Shown here one piece after another: positions 1-16,811 of a stretch of 64,000 nucleotides of DNA (position 1 is the first letter of the stretch; every line of letters begins with the position of its first letter). The stretch is from contig OZ024763.1 in NCBI GenBank assembly GCA_964016885.1, forward strand, positions 27,156,001-27,220,000. Direction: 5' to 3'. A program made the position numbers and the translations under genes. Under the pieces are notes generated by a model, which saw nothing but the letters and a program-made list of their open reading frames with translations, did not search any database and was not told where the DNA came from. Source of the DNA: Eledone cirrhosa. Taxonomy: Eukaryota.

Positions 1-1084
<1,084 letters not shown>

Positions 1085-1335
1085 CGTATGAAGATGTGGT
1101 AATCTCAGACACATCAGAAGATAACAGGTGCTTTAAAATAATTTCTAAAAATCGAGTAAAGATCCCTAGAGACGAAAAATTACTGCGAGGGCTGCTTATA
1201 CCATTTTCCCGTCTCTAGAGATTTATAAACCATTTTATATCAACTGACTGTAAGTTTAGTTATTTTCTGCATCTTATAAATATATTTCCTCGGCGCTTAG
1301 TATGTTCGAAGATTTCTTGCTTCACACACGGGTTT

Positions 1336-1426
<91 letters not shown>

Positions 1427-1550
1427 GGAGGTGAGTTTTATTGTAGTACAATAAAGCAATGCAGATATCGGATAAGAAGCACTCTACAGTTTGTAGGACT
1501 GGAGTATACATAATATATAAGATCAAAAGAAGGTTAAATGAGTTCCATGT

Positions 1551-1619
1551 ATTTTATTATGCGCATTTCAAAAACAAATATCATCATGCAATAACATTTG
1601 TGTTTTCATCAGATAAAAT
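1551..1619 (-). ncRNA. Minimal type-I hammerhead ribozyme motif (mirror copy)
   Basis: Reverse complement of 1677-1745. Confidence 0.78.
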
Positions 1620-1676
1620 AGGAGGACATGATATGAAGGTTAAAAACACTTGTGGATAGTGCAGTTTTAAATCAAC

Positions 1677-1745
1677 ATTTTATCTGATGAAAACACAAAT
1701 GTTATTGCATGATGATATTTGTTTTTGAAATGCGCATAATAAAAT
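1677..1745 (+). ncRNA. Minimal type-I hammerhead ribozyme motif
   Basis: attttat-CTGATGA-aaacacaaat...atttgttttt-GAAA-tgcgca-TA-ataaaat: 7-bp stem I, canonical core, palindromic stem III, AUA site. Confidence 0.8.
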
Positions 1746-1778
1746 ACATGGAACTCATTTAACCATCTTTTGATCTTA

Positions 1779-1872
<94 letters not shown>

Positions 1873-2187
1873 GTATATATATGTTTGTGTATGTGTGTAT
1901 TGATATTTGAATTTTATTTCGTCACATTTATCTAAGAAAGATTCTTACCACGGGCATGCTAGACCATTCCTGCATGTACACAAACAAACACATACACACA
2001 CACATACATACACACATATATATAAATATACATAAATATATATATATATATATACATATAATTTATACATATATATATATATGCATATATATACATATAT
2101 GTTATTATATATATACATATATATATATATCTATGATATATATTAATTCAAAATATTAACAAAAATAGACATTCGTGTGATCAAGTA

Positions 2188-2263
2188 TATTTTATTATAC
2201 ATATTTTAGAGGTACTGATCTATCTTCAACAGTACGTCCTCATCAGATAAAATAAGATATTTT
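2188..2263 (-). ncRNA. Degenerate hammerhead ribozyme motif
   Basis: tattttat-CTGATGA-gg..gtactg...cagtac.ctc-TAAA (GAAA mutated)-atatgta-TA-ataaaata. Confidence 0.45.
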
Positions 2264-2373
2264 GAATTAATATTAATAACTCTGGAAAACCATTTCTGTT
2301 GAGTGCTTCTAATCTATTGTAAAACTCATTCTTTGATTTATTCATTGAACCTTGTTTAACCTTTAAATATATA

Positions 2374-2423
<50 letters not shown>

Positions 2424-2431
2424 TTATATGC

Positions 2432-2465
<34 letters not shown>

Positions 2466-2504
2466 GTGTGTATATATATATATAAATATATATACATATA
2501 TATA

Positions 2505-2549
<45 letters not shown>

Positions 2550-2561
2550 GTGTGTATATAT

Positions 2562-2615
<54 letters not shown>

Positions 2616-2619
2616 ATAT

Positions 2620-2695
<76 letters not shown>

Positions 2696-2696
2696 G

Positions 2697-2753
<57 letters not shown>

Positions 2754-2817
2754 GTGTGTGTATATATATATATATATATGAAATATAAGAATCAAAGAAC
2801 TGTTCAAAACATTATTG

Positions 2818-2864
2818 TGCTTACAGCTGTTTCCTCCAAACCGAGGTTTGGATTCTTCGGAGCA
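2818..2864 (-). ncRNA. Hammerhead motif with U4C core variant
   Basis: tgct-CCGAAGA-atccaaacctcggtttggag-GAAA-cagctg-TA-agca. Confidence 0.65.
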
Positions 2865-3656
2865 ATTTATTAATGCATGGACAGTTATATGACCTCCTTT
2901 TCAGCCGAGAGACATACCAATACATATTCAAACATTGATACATATTCAAACATTGTGGGTCAACATTCATTACAGAATTTAGAGTGGCAGTACACACTTT
3001 GAGATTACATTTATATTAATAGGTACAATCAAAAATCAAGGATATAGGTTAAAGTACAACATGAAGATAAGTGGTTATATAGTGCAAATGTTATATGTGT
3101 GGCACGCATGTGCGTCTTGTTTATATAGTGTGGTAGAGGCACTTAGGTGGGTAAATAAGAGTGTTAGGTTGGTAGATCTGGTGGCAAAGTCTTTATATGA
3201 TTGATATAGTCTGTGTGTGGAGAAATATTATAAGCATTAAAGATAGTGCAAGCATTAAAAGTGTTATAAGTATTGTAGTTGCGCAGCGCAGGGATGTCAA
3301 GTAATTCATGTACTTCGGCATTTTCATGGTCAAGGGAGTGTATATTTCGATTATATGCCTTTCACATAATCCACGACAATCCAGTTAGAGATCGTAGTCT
3401 GGTGTTCTTTAGTTCGATACAGGAGGTTGTTACGTTTCGAGAAACGCCATTGAATACCGGAAGTGTGTGTGTGGCTAAGGGGAGTTAATGCATGCGGGGA
3501 GGTAACTCTGGGGTTTCTATATCTAGCCATTAAAATGTGTCCCAATATAGACCCTAAATTCTATGGTGAGGTGCACCTTCCAAGAGAGACTTTTAAAGCA
3601 TATAGTGTACTAACTATAGAGTAGTATAACTAAATTATGCTGAAGGTGATCAGAAG

Positions 3657-5544
3657 GTGATTAGAAAGTTTATATATAATGAACTACATAAAAGCTACAA
3701 AAAAACCACCTTGAAAAACTTAGAAGATATTAATGTAGAGGGTTATAATATAGTGTCTAAACTAGGACTACAGAGGCATACACAACCTTTCACTCCGAAC
3801 CCCCCTAGATTCTCTCTGAAGGACCATAAGGAGAACTTCATCAGCAACCCCACGATAAGACTTATCTGCCCTTCCAAGTCCGACATTGGTATTATCAGCA
3901 AGAAGATTTTGGATAAAATCATCCCACAAATTAAACACAAGATACACCTTAAACAATGGGGAAATACGGGTGAAGTAATTGAATGGTTTAAGGATATCAA
4001 GAATAATAAGAACAAAAAATTTATTCAATTTGATATCAATTCATACTACACCTCTATTTCCCCTTTCCTATTAAATAAGGCACTTATCATGGCCATGACC
4101 AATAGCGACCTGACTAGAGCCCAGGTTGATGTCATCCTTGCGGCCCGTAAAACCATAATCACCTTCGAGGACCAACTATGGACACGCAAGGATACGCACA
4201 ACAACTTCGACATAACCATGGGATCTAGTGACTCGGCGCAGGTCACTGATTTGGTCGGCCTATACCTCCTCAATGAAATCCATAAAGACCTCCCTTACCT
4301 CAGCGGTGGTTTGTACCGCGATGATGCACTTCTACTCATAGAATATAAAAAATTTAATATAGAAAGAACTAGAAAACAACTGCATAAGACATTCAAAAAC
4401 TTTAACCTTAGTATCACCATGGACAAAAACACTAAAAATGTTAACTTCCTAGACGCCACACTATACCTAGACTCAAAAATATATACACCTTTCCATAAGC
4501 CTAATGAGAAACTTATTTACGTAGATACCAAGTCTAATCACCCTAGATCAATATTAAACTCTATCTCTAAGGGGGTGTCCAATAGAATCTCTAGTCTGTC
4601 CTATGACGCAAACATATTTAGCAAAAACTCACAATATTACAATCAAGCATTAGCTAGCTCCGGCCATAATATAGAAATTGAGTTCCTACCTAAGAAAACA
4701 CATAGCTACAACATCATCTCGCACAACATGTCCATGAGGAAATCTAATAATAGGAATAGCAACCACAAGTACACCAAAGCGGAGGGTGCCACCGGAAGTA
4801 ACCATTACCATGGAAACTACTGTGAGGCCTTAGGAGGAAGCAACACACCAAACACTAAAAGCAAAAATAGAAGAAGAAATAATACATTTTTCAACCCTCC
4901 TTTCAACCTAAATGTCTCCACCAACATACCTAGGGCTTTCTTCTCACTACTAGATAAAAACTTCCCTCTAGGACACAAGTACCACAACCTCTTAAACAAA
5001 AACACCATTAAAATCTCATACTCTACGACGCCTAACTTAGCATACCACATAGCTAGCAGCAATAATAGTAAAATTAGTTCTTACTTCCAACAAACAAAAT
5101 CACAACGGGATGCAGACCCTCTAAATACCACTGTAGCAAGCAACAATAGCAACGGCAGTAACAATAGAAATAACACTAGTATAAGTAATAACACCAGGGT
5201 TGTCAACCCGAACACCCCAAATCCTATATCCACCACACAGACTTCCGCATTGCATTATAACCAGCGGACTAACGCACAGAATAATTGTAACTGTAGAACT
5301 AATAGAACCTGCCCTTTAGATAAAAAATGCCTAACCAAGGATGTCGTATACTCATGCACAGTCACGACTAATAACTCTTCAGAAACCTATGTAGGCTCCA
5401 CTTCTAACTGCTTCAAAATCAGATATAACTCGCACATCCACTCGTTCAAAAAGCACAGCCTAGCCAACTCCACCTCACTTTCTAGCTACATACACTATCT
5501 AAAATCTAAAAATAAACCATACACACTCAAATGGGAAGTGATAG
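3657..5544 (+). mobile_element. Penelope-like retroelement ORF (RT + C-terminal GIY-YIG), 5'-truncated, runs into assembly gap
   Basis: RT motifs FIQFDINSYYTSI, MGSSDSAQVTDLVGLYLL, GLYRDDAL, VNFLD, SNHP; CNC..CPL..C-VVY...YVGST..FKIRYNSH GIY-YIG. Confidence 0.92.
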
Positions 5545-5744
5545 NNNNNNNNNNNNNNNNNNNNNNNNNNNNNNNNNNNNNNNNNNNNNNNNNNNNNNNN
5601 NNNNNNNNNNNNNNNNNNNNNNNNNNNNNNNNNNNNNNNNNNNNNNNNNNNNNNNNNNNNNNNNNNNNNNNNNNNNNNNNNNNNNNNNNNNNNNNNNNNN
5701 NNNNNNNNNNNNNNNNNNNNNNNNNNNNNNNNNNNNNNNNNNNN
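5545..5744. other. Assembly gap (200 N)
   Basis: N run. Confidence 0.99.
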
Positions 5745-7230
5745 AATTTATAAATTTATAAATTTCCGGTTGGTCGGTTCCACAACCAGATGGTTGTTTA
5801 TATATTGTCAAAGTTATTTCGTCACACATTCTGTGACCTCTTCAGTGACTGGGGATTCTTTTCTTTGTTTTTGTGCCTCTCCTATGTTCTGTCCTACGCC
5901 ATTTTGTTTCTGTGTGTTGTGTGCTCAGTCTGCGTATGCGTCACATCCGGGTGTCTGTGTGTGTTTATATTCGTTTATTTATTTGTTTATATACATGTTA
6001 CAGGTTGATTGTTTGTTCGATGTGCGTGTGTGTTTTCATTTTGTCCTTAATTGTAAGTTGTGATGTTGCTGTTCCATTCATGTTTTCTATTTAATTTTGG
6101 TTGTAATTCTTTTATGTTTATTGCCTCTGTGATTTGTCTAAACATTGTGTCTTTTCTGTGTGTAGATTCTATTTTTATTTCTATGTTCTCTAATTTACCC
6201 TTATGTTCTATTTTAGCATGTTGGTAGAGTACAGATGATTCTTTACTATCTTGAAGGTCTCGCCAGTGTTCATTTATCCGTTCCCCTACACTACGAGCTG
6301 TCTCACCTATGTACACTATATTTTTGTCTCTACATTGTCCTTCAGTACATCTTATGCTATACACTACATTTCTAGTTTTACAGTTAATATGTGGGCTTAT
6401 TTTACAGGTTATACATTTCTTATCTATACAGGGGGTCTTTGGAAAGGGTATGTCTTGCTAATAAGTGTTTTTACGGAGGTAACTGGTCTTTCTACTATCT
6501 TAATATTGAGTTTATGTTTATCTAGGACCCTTCTAAATTTGTAAGCTAATTCACCTCTAGGGGTTGTATCGATGAACATTACACTCTGGTATTTATTGCT
6601 ATCATACCATGAGTTTATTCTATTAGCCTTATTCCTAGTTCTTTTGTTTCTGTGTGTTGTGTGCTCAGTCTGCGTATGCGCCACATCCGGGTGTCTGTGT
6701 GTGTTTATATTCGTTTATTTATTTGTTTATTTACATGTTACAGGTTGATTGTTTGTTCTATGTGCGTGTGTGTTTTCATTTTTGTCCTTAATTGTAAGTT
6801 GTGATGTTGCTGTTCCATTCATGTTTTCTATTTAATTTTGGTTGTAATTCTTTTATGTTTATTGCCTCTGTGATTTGTCTAAACATTGCGTCTTTTCTGT
6901 GCGTAGATTCTATTTTTATTTCTATGTTCTCTAATTTACCCTGAGCACACAACACACACACAGAAACAAAATGGCGTAGGACAGAACAAAGGAGAGCCAC
7001 AAAAACAAAGAAAAGAATCCCCAGTCACTGAAGTGGTCACAGAATGTGTGACGAAAGAACTTTGACAATATATAAACAACCATCTGGTTGTGGAACCAAC
7101 CAACCGGAATTTTATAAATTTATAAATTTATAAATTCCTAAATTTATAAATTTATTATAATAAATTGAAGTGAAAGCAACTGGTGCGTGTGTTTCTTATT
7201 GGCAACATGACCCTCCCAAAGTATAACAAT
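5745..7230 (-). mobile_element. Rearranged PLE 3' fragments of the 18860-20590 family: GIY-YIG end, partial tandem duplicate, inverted terminal copy
   Basis: Near-identity to 18860-19850 ([21 protein letters not shown]); 6640-6940 repeats the 3' end; 6941-7230 is an inverted copy of the terminus ending at (TA)n. Confidence 0.9.
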
Positions 7231-7258
7231 ATAATATATATATAATATATATATATAT

Positions 7259-7327
<69 letters not shown>

Positions 7328-7673
7328 CTTACACATATAGATCAGATATATATATAATATATATATATATATAATATATATATATTTATATATATACTTA
7401 CACATATACATATATAGATCAGATATATATATATAATATAATATAATATAATATATATATACATATATATATATAACATAGAGATGATAATAAGAGATCT
7501 CAGTAGGATCCGGGTTAAAGCCAAACCGCAAACATACAAAGTCATTAATGTAAACAATGAAACGCCAGAATCAATTACAGCCTGTGTATTAAAATTAAAT
7601 ACACATTTATATAAACATAGGACATAATTAAGTTTCTAGGAGATAAAAAGATGTGTGTATATATATATATCTG

Positions 7674-7734
<61 letters not shown>

Positions 7735-7824
7735 CATATATATATATTTACATATCTATATATACATATATTTACATATATATATATATTTACATATCTC
7801 TATATATATATATTTACATATATA

Positions 7825-8024
7825 GGAAAAAAGTATGATCCCCGACGGCAGAGCTCGAAACGTTTCGACGGCTATTTCTGGACTAGTCCAGAAATAGCCG
7901 TCGAAACGGCTTGAGCTCTGCCGTCGGGGACATACTTTTTCCTATTACCCACTCTACTACCCTAAGTATTGAGTACTCTGGTGCGTTATTATCCATCTGG
8001 TTCCTTACCACATTCCCTTCGTTA
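7825..8024 (+). mobile_element. Palindromic mini-element family (GAAAC-GGC..GCC-GTC-GGGG half-HHR plus tail); other copies ~8955-9128, 21982-22065, 25827-25886, 31131-31322, 34923-35027, 37618-37677, 37848-37902, 47555-47740
   Basis: ~118-bp near-perfect palindrome centred on ACTAGT, plus shared tail attacccactctactaccctaagtat(t/c)gagtactctggtgcgttatggtcca; copies lie next to (TA)n. Confidence 0.8.
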
Positions 8025-8392
8025 TTTACATATATATATATATATTTACACACACACACACACACGCATATATATATATATATATATATAAATATGTATC
8101 GAGTATGGCCATATATATATATATGTATGGCCATATATATATATATATATATATACATTCTCTCTCCTTCCTTTCTTTCTTTCTTTTACCTTGTGTCATG
8201 AGATCGACGTTAACTTATGCTCCCATCCCTTTCTGTTTTCGTTTATCTGACCGGTAGTAGCATACTATAAACTTTAGCCACGTCACTCCAGGGCGACCGG
8301 CTGAGGTTGAAGGAACAGAATAGCGGTCGCCCTCGGGTCTCGAATTTCAGCCCCATGGATTTTACCTATTACATTCAGGTATTATATTTCAA

Positions 8393-8450
8393 ATACCTGA
8401 TGATATCACCGGATTCATACGGAACCCAGTCATTGAAATGATCATAGTAT
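8393..8450 (+). ncRNA. Minimal hammerhead ribozyme motif
   Basis: atac-CTGATGA-(weak stem II)-GAAA-tgatca-TA-gtat, followed by AATAAA. Confidence 0.62.
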
Positions 8451-8498
8451 AATAAACCTTTCAAGGATTTACACAAATCCAGCCTCCTGTCATTTCAT

Positions 8499-8588
<90 letters not shown>

Positions 8589-8669
8589 GTATCGAATATG
8601 GCCGTTGCACGATATACCATTATTAATAATTATCAATTAATTCGATTGTGCAATGCCTGTGCGTGAAGA

Positions 8670-8870
8670 TTTTTTTTAAAGTTAGGAAAGATTGTGCACT
8701 GAGCCAATCCCACTCTCTGAGCGACAGAAGCTATAACACGAAAAGAAGAAAAGATCAACATCATCGGTACCTACTGTGCCGCAGGTTTTATGTTGAATTC
8801 ATCCCAGTTTCCTGAGTTGCCTTCTCCTAGAACAATGCCCTGACAAAATCTAGGGGTCCTTCACTCCCAG
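8670..8870. repeat. Unclassified interspersed repeat (second copy 23205-23398)
   Basis: Shared gagccaatcccactctctgagc...cccagtttcctgagttg...ctaggggtcctt. Confidence 0.7.
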
Positions 8871-9274
8871 TGGTTTAACCGCGTGATCGGGTATCCAGCC
8901 CGATTATTTCTATGTCCCCGCGCATATACATAGACATGCATACATATATAAATAAGAAAGAAGGTTTGGTAAGAAACCAGGTGGACCATAACGCACCAGA
9001 GTGCTCGATAGTTAGAGTAGTACAGTGGGTAATAGGAAAATGTCAGGACCCCGATGGCTAAGCTCCTGCCGTTTAGACAGCTAGATCCAAATTGTTCGAA
9101 TCTAGCCGTCGGGGTCCTGACTTTTTCATATATATATATATATATAAAATTGGTGTGGGATGCTGAAAGCGTCCGTAAGCGGTATGCTGTTTGAGCACTC
9201 GATGCTCTTACAGAGCAGAGTATAATATCACATAAGAAACGGAGAATCAGTGATGCTACGAATTAAAATGTATT

Positions 9275-9371
9275 AGACATATTACAATCGTTTCTCTGGC
9301 GACCAGTTCGAGGCCCGATCAGTGCGATGATCGAACCTGACTCTGAAATCGCAAGATCCTCAGATACGTCT
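9275..9371 (-). ncRNA. Hammerhead motif with long stem II, inside fold-back unit 9225-9470
   Basis: agacgtat-CTGAGGA-long hairpin-GAAA-cgattg-TA-atatgtct; arms 9225-9293 and 9403-9470 are inverted. Confidence 0.72.
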
Positions 9372-9462
9372 CGATCTTTCGAAGCAGAGATTCCAAATCT
9401 GGAAGCGATTGTAATGTCTAATAAATTAGAATTCGTCGCACCACTGATTCTCCGTTTCTTAT

Positions 9463-9520
<58 letters not shown>

Positions 9521-9797
9521 TGTGTTTGCGTGTGTGTGTGTATAATTAAATATATCGCTTGCACATTCGCAGTACTCTCAGCTCTCTACTTCGCTATATT
9601 AAATGAATGTTTAAACTTTACCTCGGTATTGAGTACTTTTTCTCATGTCTAGATCTACATAGCAAAATTATAATATTATAAAATTAGATTGTTATAGAAT
9701 ATCAACTACAAGTGAAGTCAAACTTTTACTTTTTTCAAATATACCTAACTGCACCAAAGATCTCCCACATTTCCAATATATATATATATATATGTTT

Positions 9798-9985
9798 ATC
9801 CCAGGTTCAATCGGGGGGTAACCACAGTAAGTAAGATATTCAATATATAGCAGAGTATAAATATTTAATGTAGAAATGGCTTCTACAGGACTAGAACTGT
9901 TTCATTCGGAGGAAATCACCAGGAGAGCTCTCAACATTTCCTCCGAATGAAACAGCTCTAGTCCTGTAGAAGCCATTTCTATATT
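9798..9985. mobile_element. HHR-bearing fold-back mini-element family A (other copies 25667-25795, 37021-37195, 42730-42932, 47319-47515; tail only 59460-59511)
   Basis: Inverted ttctacaggactagaactgtttcattc / gaatgaaacagttctagtcctgtagaa arms and a common tail; TA-flanked. Confidence 0.8.
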
Positions 9986-10349
9986 ATATATATATATATG
10001 TATATATATAAATATATATTCAGCAGAATCGTATTTCGGCTGATAGAAAAAGCGAAACGAAACGCAAAATCGTAGAAATGCTGGCAAGCGCTCCAATAGT
10101 TAAGAAAAACTAGAGCTAAACAATATGTTAAAACGCCATACAAACTGAAAAAACGTGGTCAAGAAGGCATTAACCACCTAAGCCAAAAAACAAGTCAAGC
10201 TAAACAGGTCAAACAAAATAAATGATATAAACAGACCTGGACCCAAGTGGAAATGATGGTAAAAACCATATATATATATATATATATATAACAAAGGAAA
10301 TGTGGTAAGGAACCAGATGGACCATATATAAATCAACGAACAGCGGAGG

Positions 10350-10455
10350 ACGCGTTTCGCACCTTTCCGACAGACAACCTTTCCCCCACCCCGGAAAAAA
10401 ACCCCAGTTGATGGATGTGAATCCGAAATATATAGGGACAATTAAATCTCCCCCA
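10350..10455 (+). mobile_element. PLE terminal (pLTR) fragment homologous to 54953-55068
   Basis: Reverse complement matches the 3' UTR of the GIY-YIG fragment at 55369-55805; contains HHR-like ccc-CAGTTGA-t-ggatgtgaatcc-GAAA-tata-TA-ggg. Confidence 0.7.
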
Positions 10456-10689
10456 AGCTAACTCTCTCTCGTGTTGTTATTTTTATTTTATCCTTTATGC
10501 TCTTTCCTTCATTCCTCTACACGTCTTATACACGCCACGTATCTCAACGTACACCCACTTACATCTCTCTCTCCACCACCGGACCTTGTTACCCGGAGAT
10601 TTACCCATTTGCATTGTCGAGGCTTTCAAACGACTTAAAGATATTTACCTATTATTCCACAATGCTTCAAGCAAACTTCAATACTCTCT

Positions 10690-10771
<82 letters not shown>

Positions 10772-10776
<5 letters not shown>

Positions 10777-10982
10777 CGTTTCTGAATTTGTTTAGCAAGA
10801 TTCTTTATCTGAAATCGTGTGTTGAAACCGATATTGTTATACTTTGGGAGGGTCATGTTGCCAATCAACCAACCAACCAACCAGAAATTTATAGATTTAT
10901 AAATTTATAAATATATAATAAATTGAAGTGAAAGCAACTGGTGCGTGTGTTTCTTATTGGCAACATGACCCTCCCAAAGTAT

Positions 10983-10990
<8 letters not shown>
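10772..10990. mobile_element. Solo fold-back terminus of the 18860-20590 PLE family
   Basis: attgttatactttgggagggtcatgttgccaat at 10833 inverted at 10956-10988; flanked by (TA)n. Confidence 0.85.
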
Positions 10991-11024
<34 letters not shown>

Positions 11025-11169
11025 CAAAGGAAATGTGGTAAGGAACCAGATGGACCATATATAAATATATCTATATATACTGTAGTATAAGTTAAGTGGA
11101 AATATCCAAGGGTAAGACCACTCAGTCCATAGGATGAGTTTAGTATAAATAATTACTACACTGAGATAA

Positions 11170-11218
11170 ACAGGTACTTAAGTTTCGTTGGGTCCGGACT
11201 CCAACTCACTCAGCCTGT
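11170..11218 (-). ncRNA. Hammerhead motif with 1-nt core insertion, inside fold-back unit 11149-11312
   Basis: acagg-CTGAGTGA-gttgg..ccaac-GAAA-cttaag-TA-cctgt. Confidence 0.68.
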
Positions 11219-11336
11219 CATAATAAAAATAAAGCTGGTTGATCTTTATTTCTATTTTTTATTATGACAGGCTGAAACTTCAGTACCTGTTTATGTCACT
11301 GTAGTAATTATATATATATGTATATATATGTATGTA

Positions 11337-15250
<3,914 letters not shown>

Positions 15251-15313
15251 TCACATTAAAAAACGGAGTTAAAAACTCGCGTTCATCTCCTGTGTTTTCT
15301 TCTCTATATACTG

Positions 15314-15359
<46 letters not shown>

Positions 15360-15504
15360 ATACACACACATATATGTGTGTGTATATATATATGTGTGTG
15401 TGTGTGAGTGTGTGTGTGTGTCTGAGTCTGTCTCCGTGCATGTGTGTGTGGTTTTCGAACAGTTGGAGCTAGGCAGGCACTTTTCTGACCTGAAATACAC
15501 AAAA

Positions 15505-15574
<70 letters not shown>

Positions 15575-15869
15575 ATCTATCTATCTGTCTCTCTCTCTCT
15601 CTGTCTATCTATCTATCTATATTGTCTATATTGAGGACTTTGTTATAAATTTTATTTTTTGTTATATTTTATTTTATTTTTATATATTGTTATTGCCTCC
15701 TCCTTATTGAGGACGCCTTGTTTTGTAAACTCCCCCCATCGTACTTGTCCCACTTTTGATGCCCTGGTGGCAAATAAAAGAAACATATCTATTTGTCTAT
15801 CATTGTATGTAAACTTCCCCCTTTGTATTTGTCCCCTTCTTTTGTGCCCCTGTGGCTAATAAAGAAACA

Positions 15870-15948
<79 letters not shown>

Positions 15949-16418
15949 CAAATCCCCCCCCCCCCCCCAATCCCATGCTCCCGGCACACAACGATCTCAG
16001 AAAGTGACATAGAAGCAATATAGTAAAATTAAGGAAGAGCATTAGGATTAAAAAAAAAAAAAAAATCGAAGCGTATGACCCATTAAATTGCTATAGTTGA
16101 GTGGCAGAAATTTGATCCTTACAGCTCGTACTGTGAACATACAGTTCAATAGCTCTTAATAGTATCGATTTTACGTTATTTTTTTTTGTTCGCTGTTATT
16201 GATGTCTCCTCTGTTGGCAAGGTGAGGGGTTAAGGTAATAAAAGTTGTATTTTCCTTAGTCATAGATACTACGCCATTTGTCATCATATTGGAGAGTTTC
16301 TTTTTTTCGATTTTTCCCCCAAATGTTTTATTGTATTTAAGATAGGAGAGGAAAGGAAAGAAAAAAAAGTTGGGAGGGGAGGAGGGGGGGGGGGGGAGGA
16401 GGGGGAGGGGAGGGGTCG

Positions 16419-16625
16419 TACGAGAATCTGTTGAAAAGTCCATAGAGTGGCTGACTATGAAGGAGTGATGCTGGAGCTGTGAAATCTTGCATGCACTAAT
16501 TTCAACTCTTCTTATTAATACCTACCTCGTTTCTTTCTAGGGACTATGTTGAAGAATGAATCTCACTTGGTCATTCCATGAGAGTATCGTGGTCAGCCAT
16601 TGAACTTTTCAGCTGAACTCTGCGT
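16419..16625 (+). mobile_element. Mariner-like MITE (inverted second copy 46531-46738)
   Basis: TA-CGAG..TGTTGAAAAGT left end, GAACTTTTCAG right end; two homologous ~205-bp copies. Confidence 0.6.
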
Positions 16626-16811
16626 TTAAGAGACGATAAAAAGGTTGACGTGGGGTCATATTGTTAAATAGAACTACTTCATTTGTAAAAAGGATTAAGG
16701 GAACAGTACTCTTTCCTCTTCAGATAGTGAGTGTGTGTATGTGTTTATATTTATATAATTATGCTAAATACTGTATAAACATAATATTTTTTATAGTAAC
16801 AATAATAATAA

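Larger units (their letters stand above)
1510..1790. mobile_element. Fold-back mini-element (~110-bp inverted arms) next to (TA)n, probably a PLE pLTR remnant
   Basis: 1510-1619 is the near-exact reverse complement of 1677-1790; both arms contain an HHR motif. Confidence 0.75.

Noticed and set aside
1085-1130. TGAAGA-tgtg..cacat hammerhead-like remnant
   Set aside because: Core and GAAA too degenerate to call
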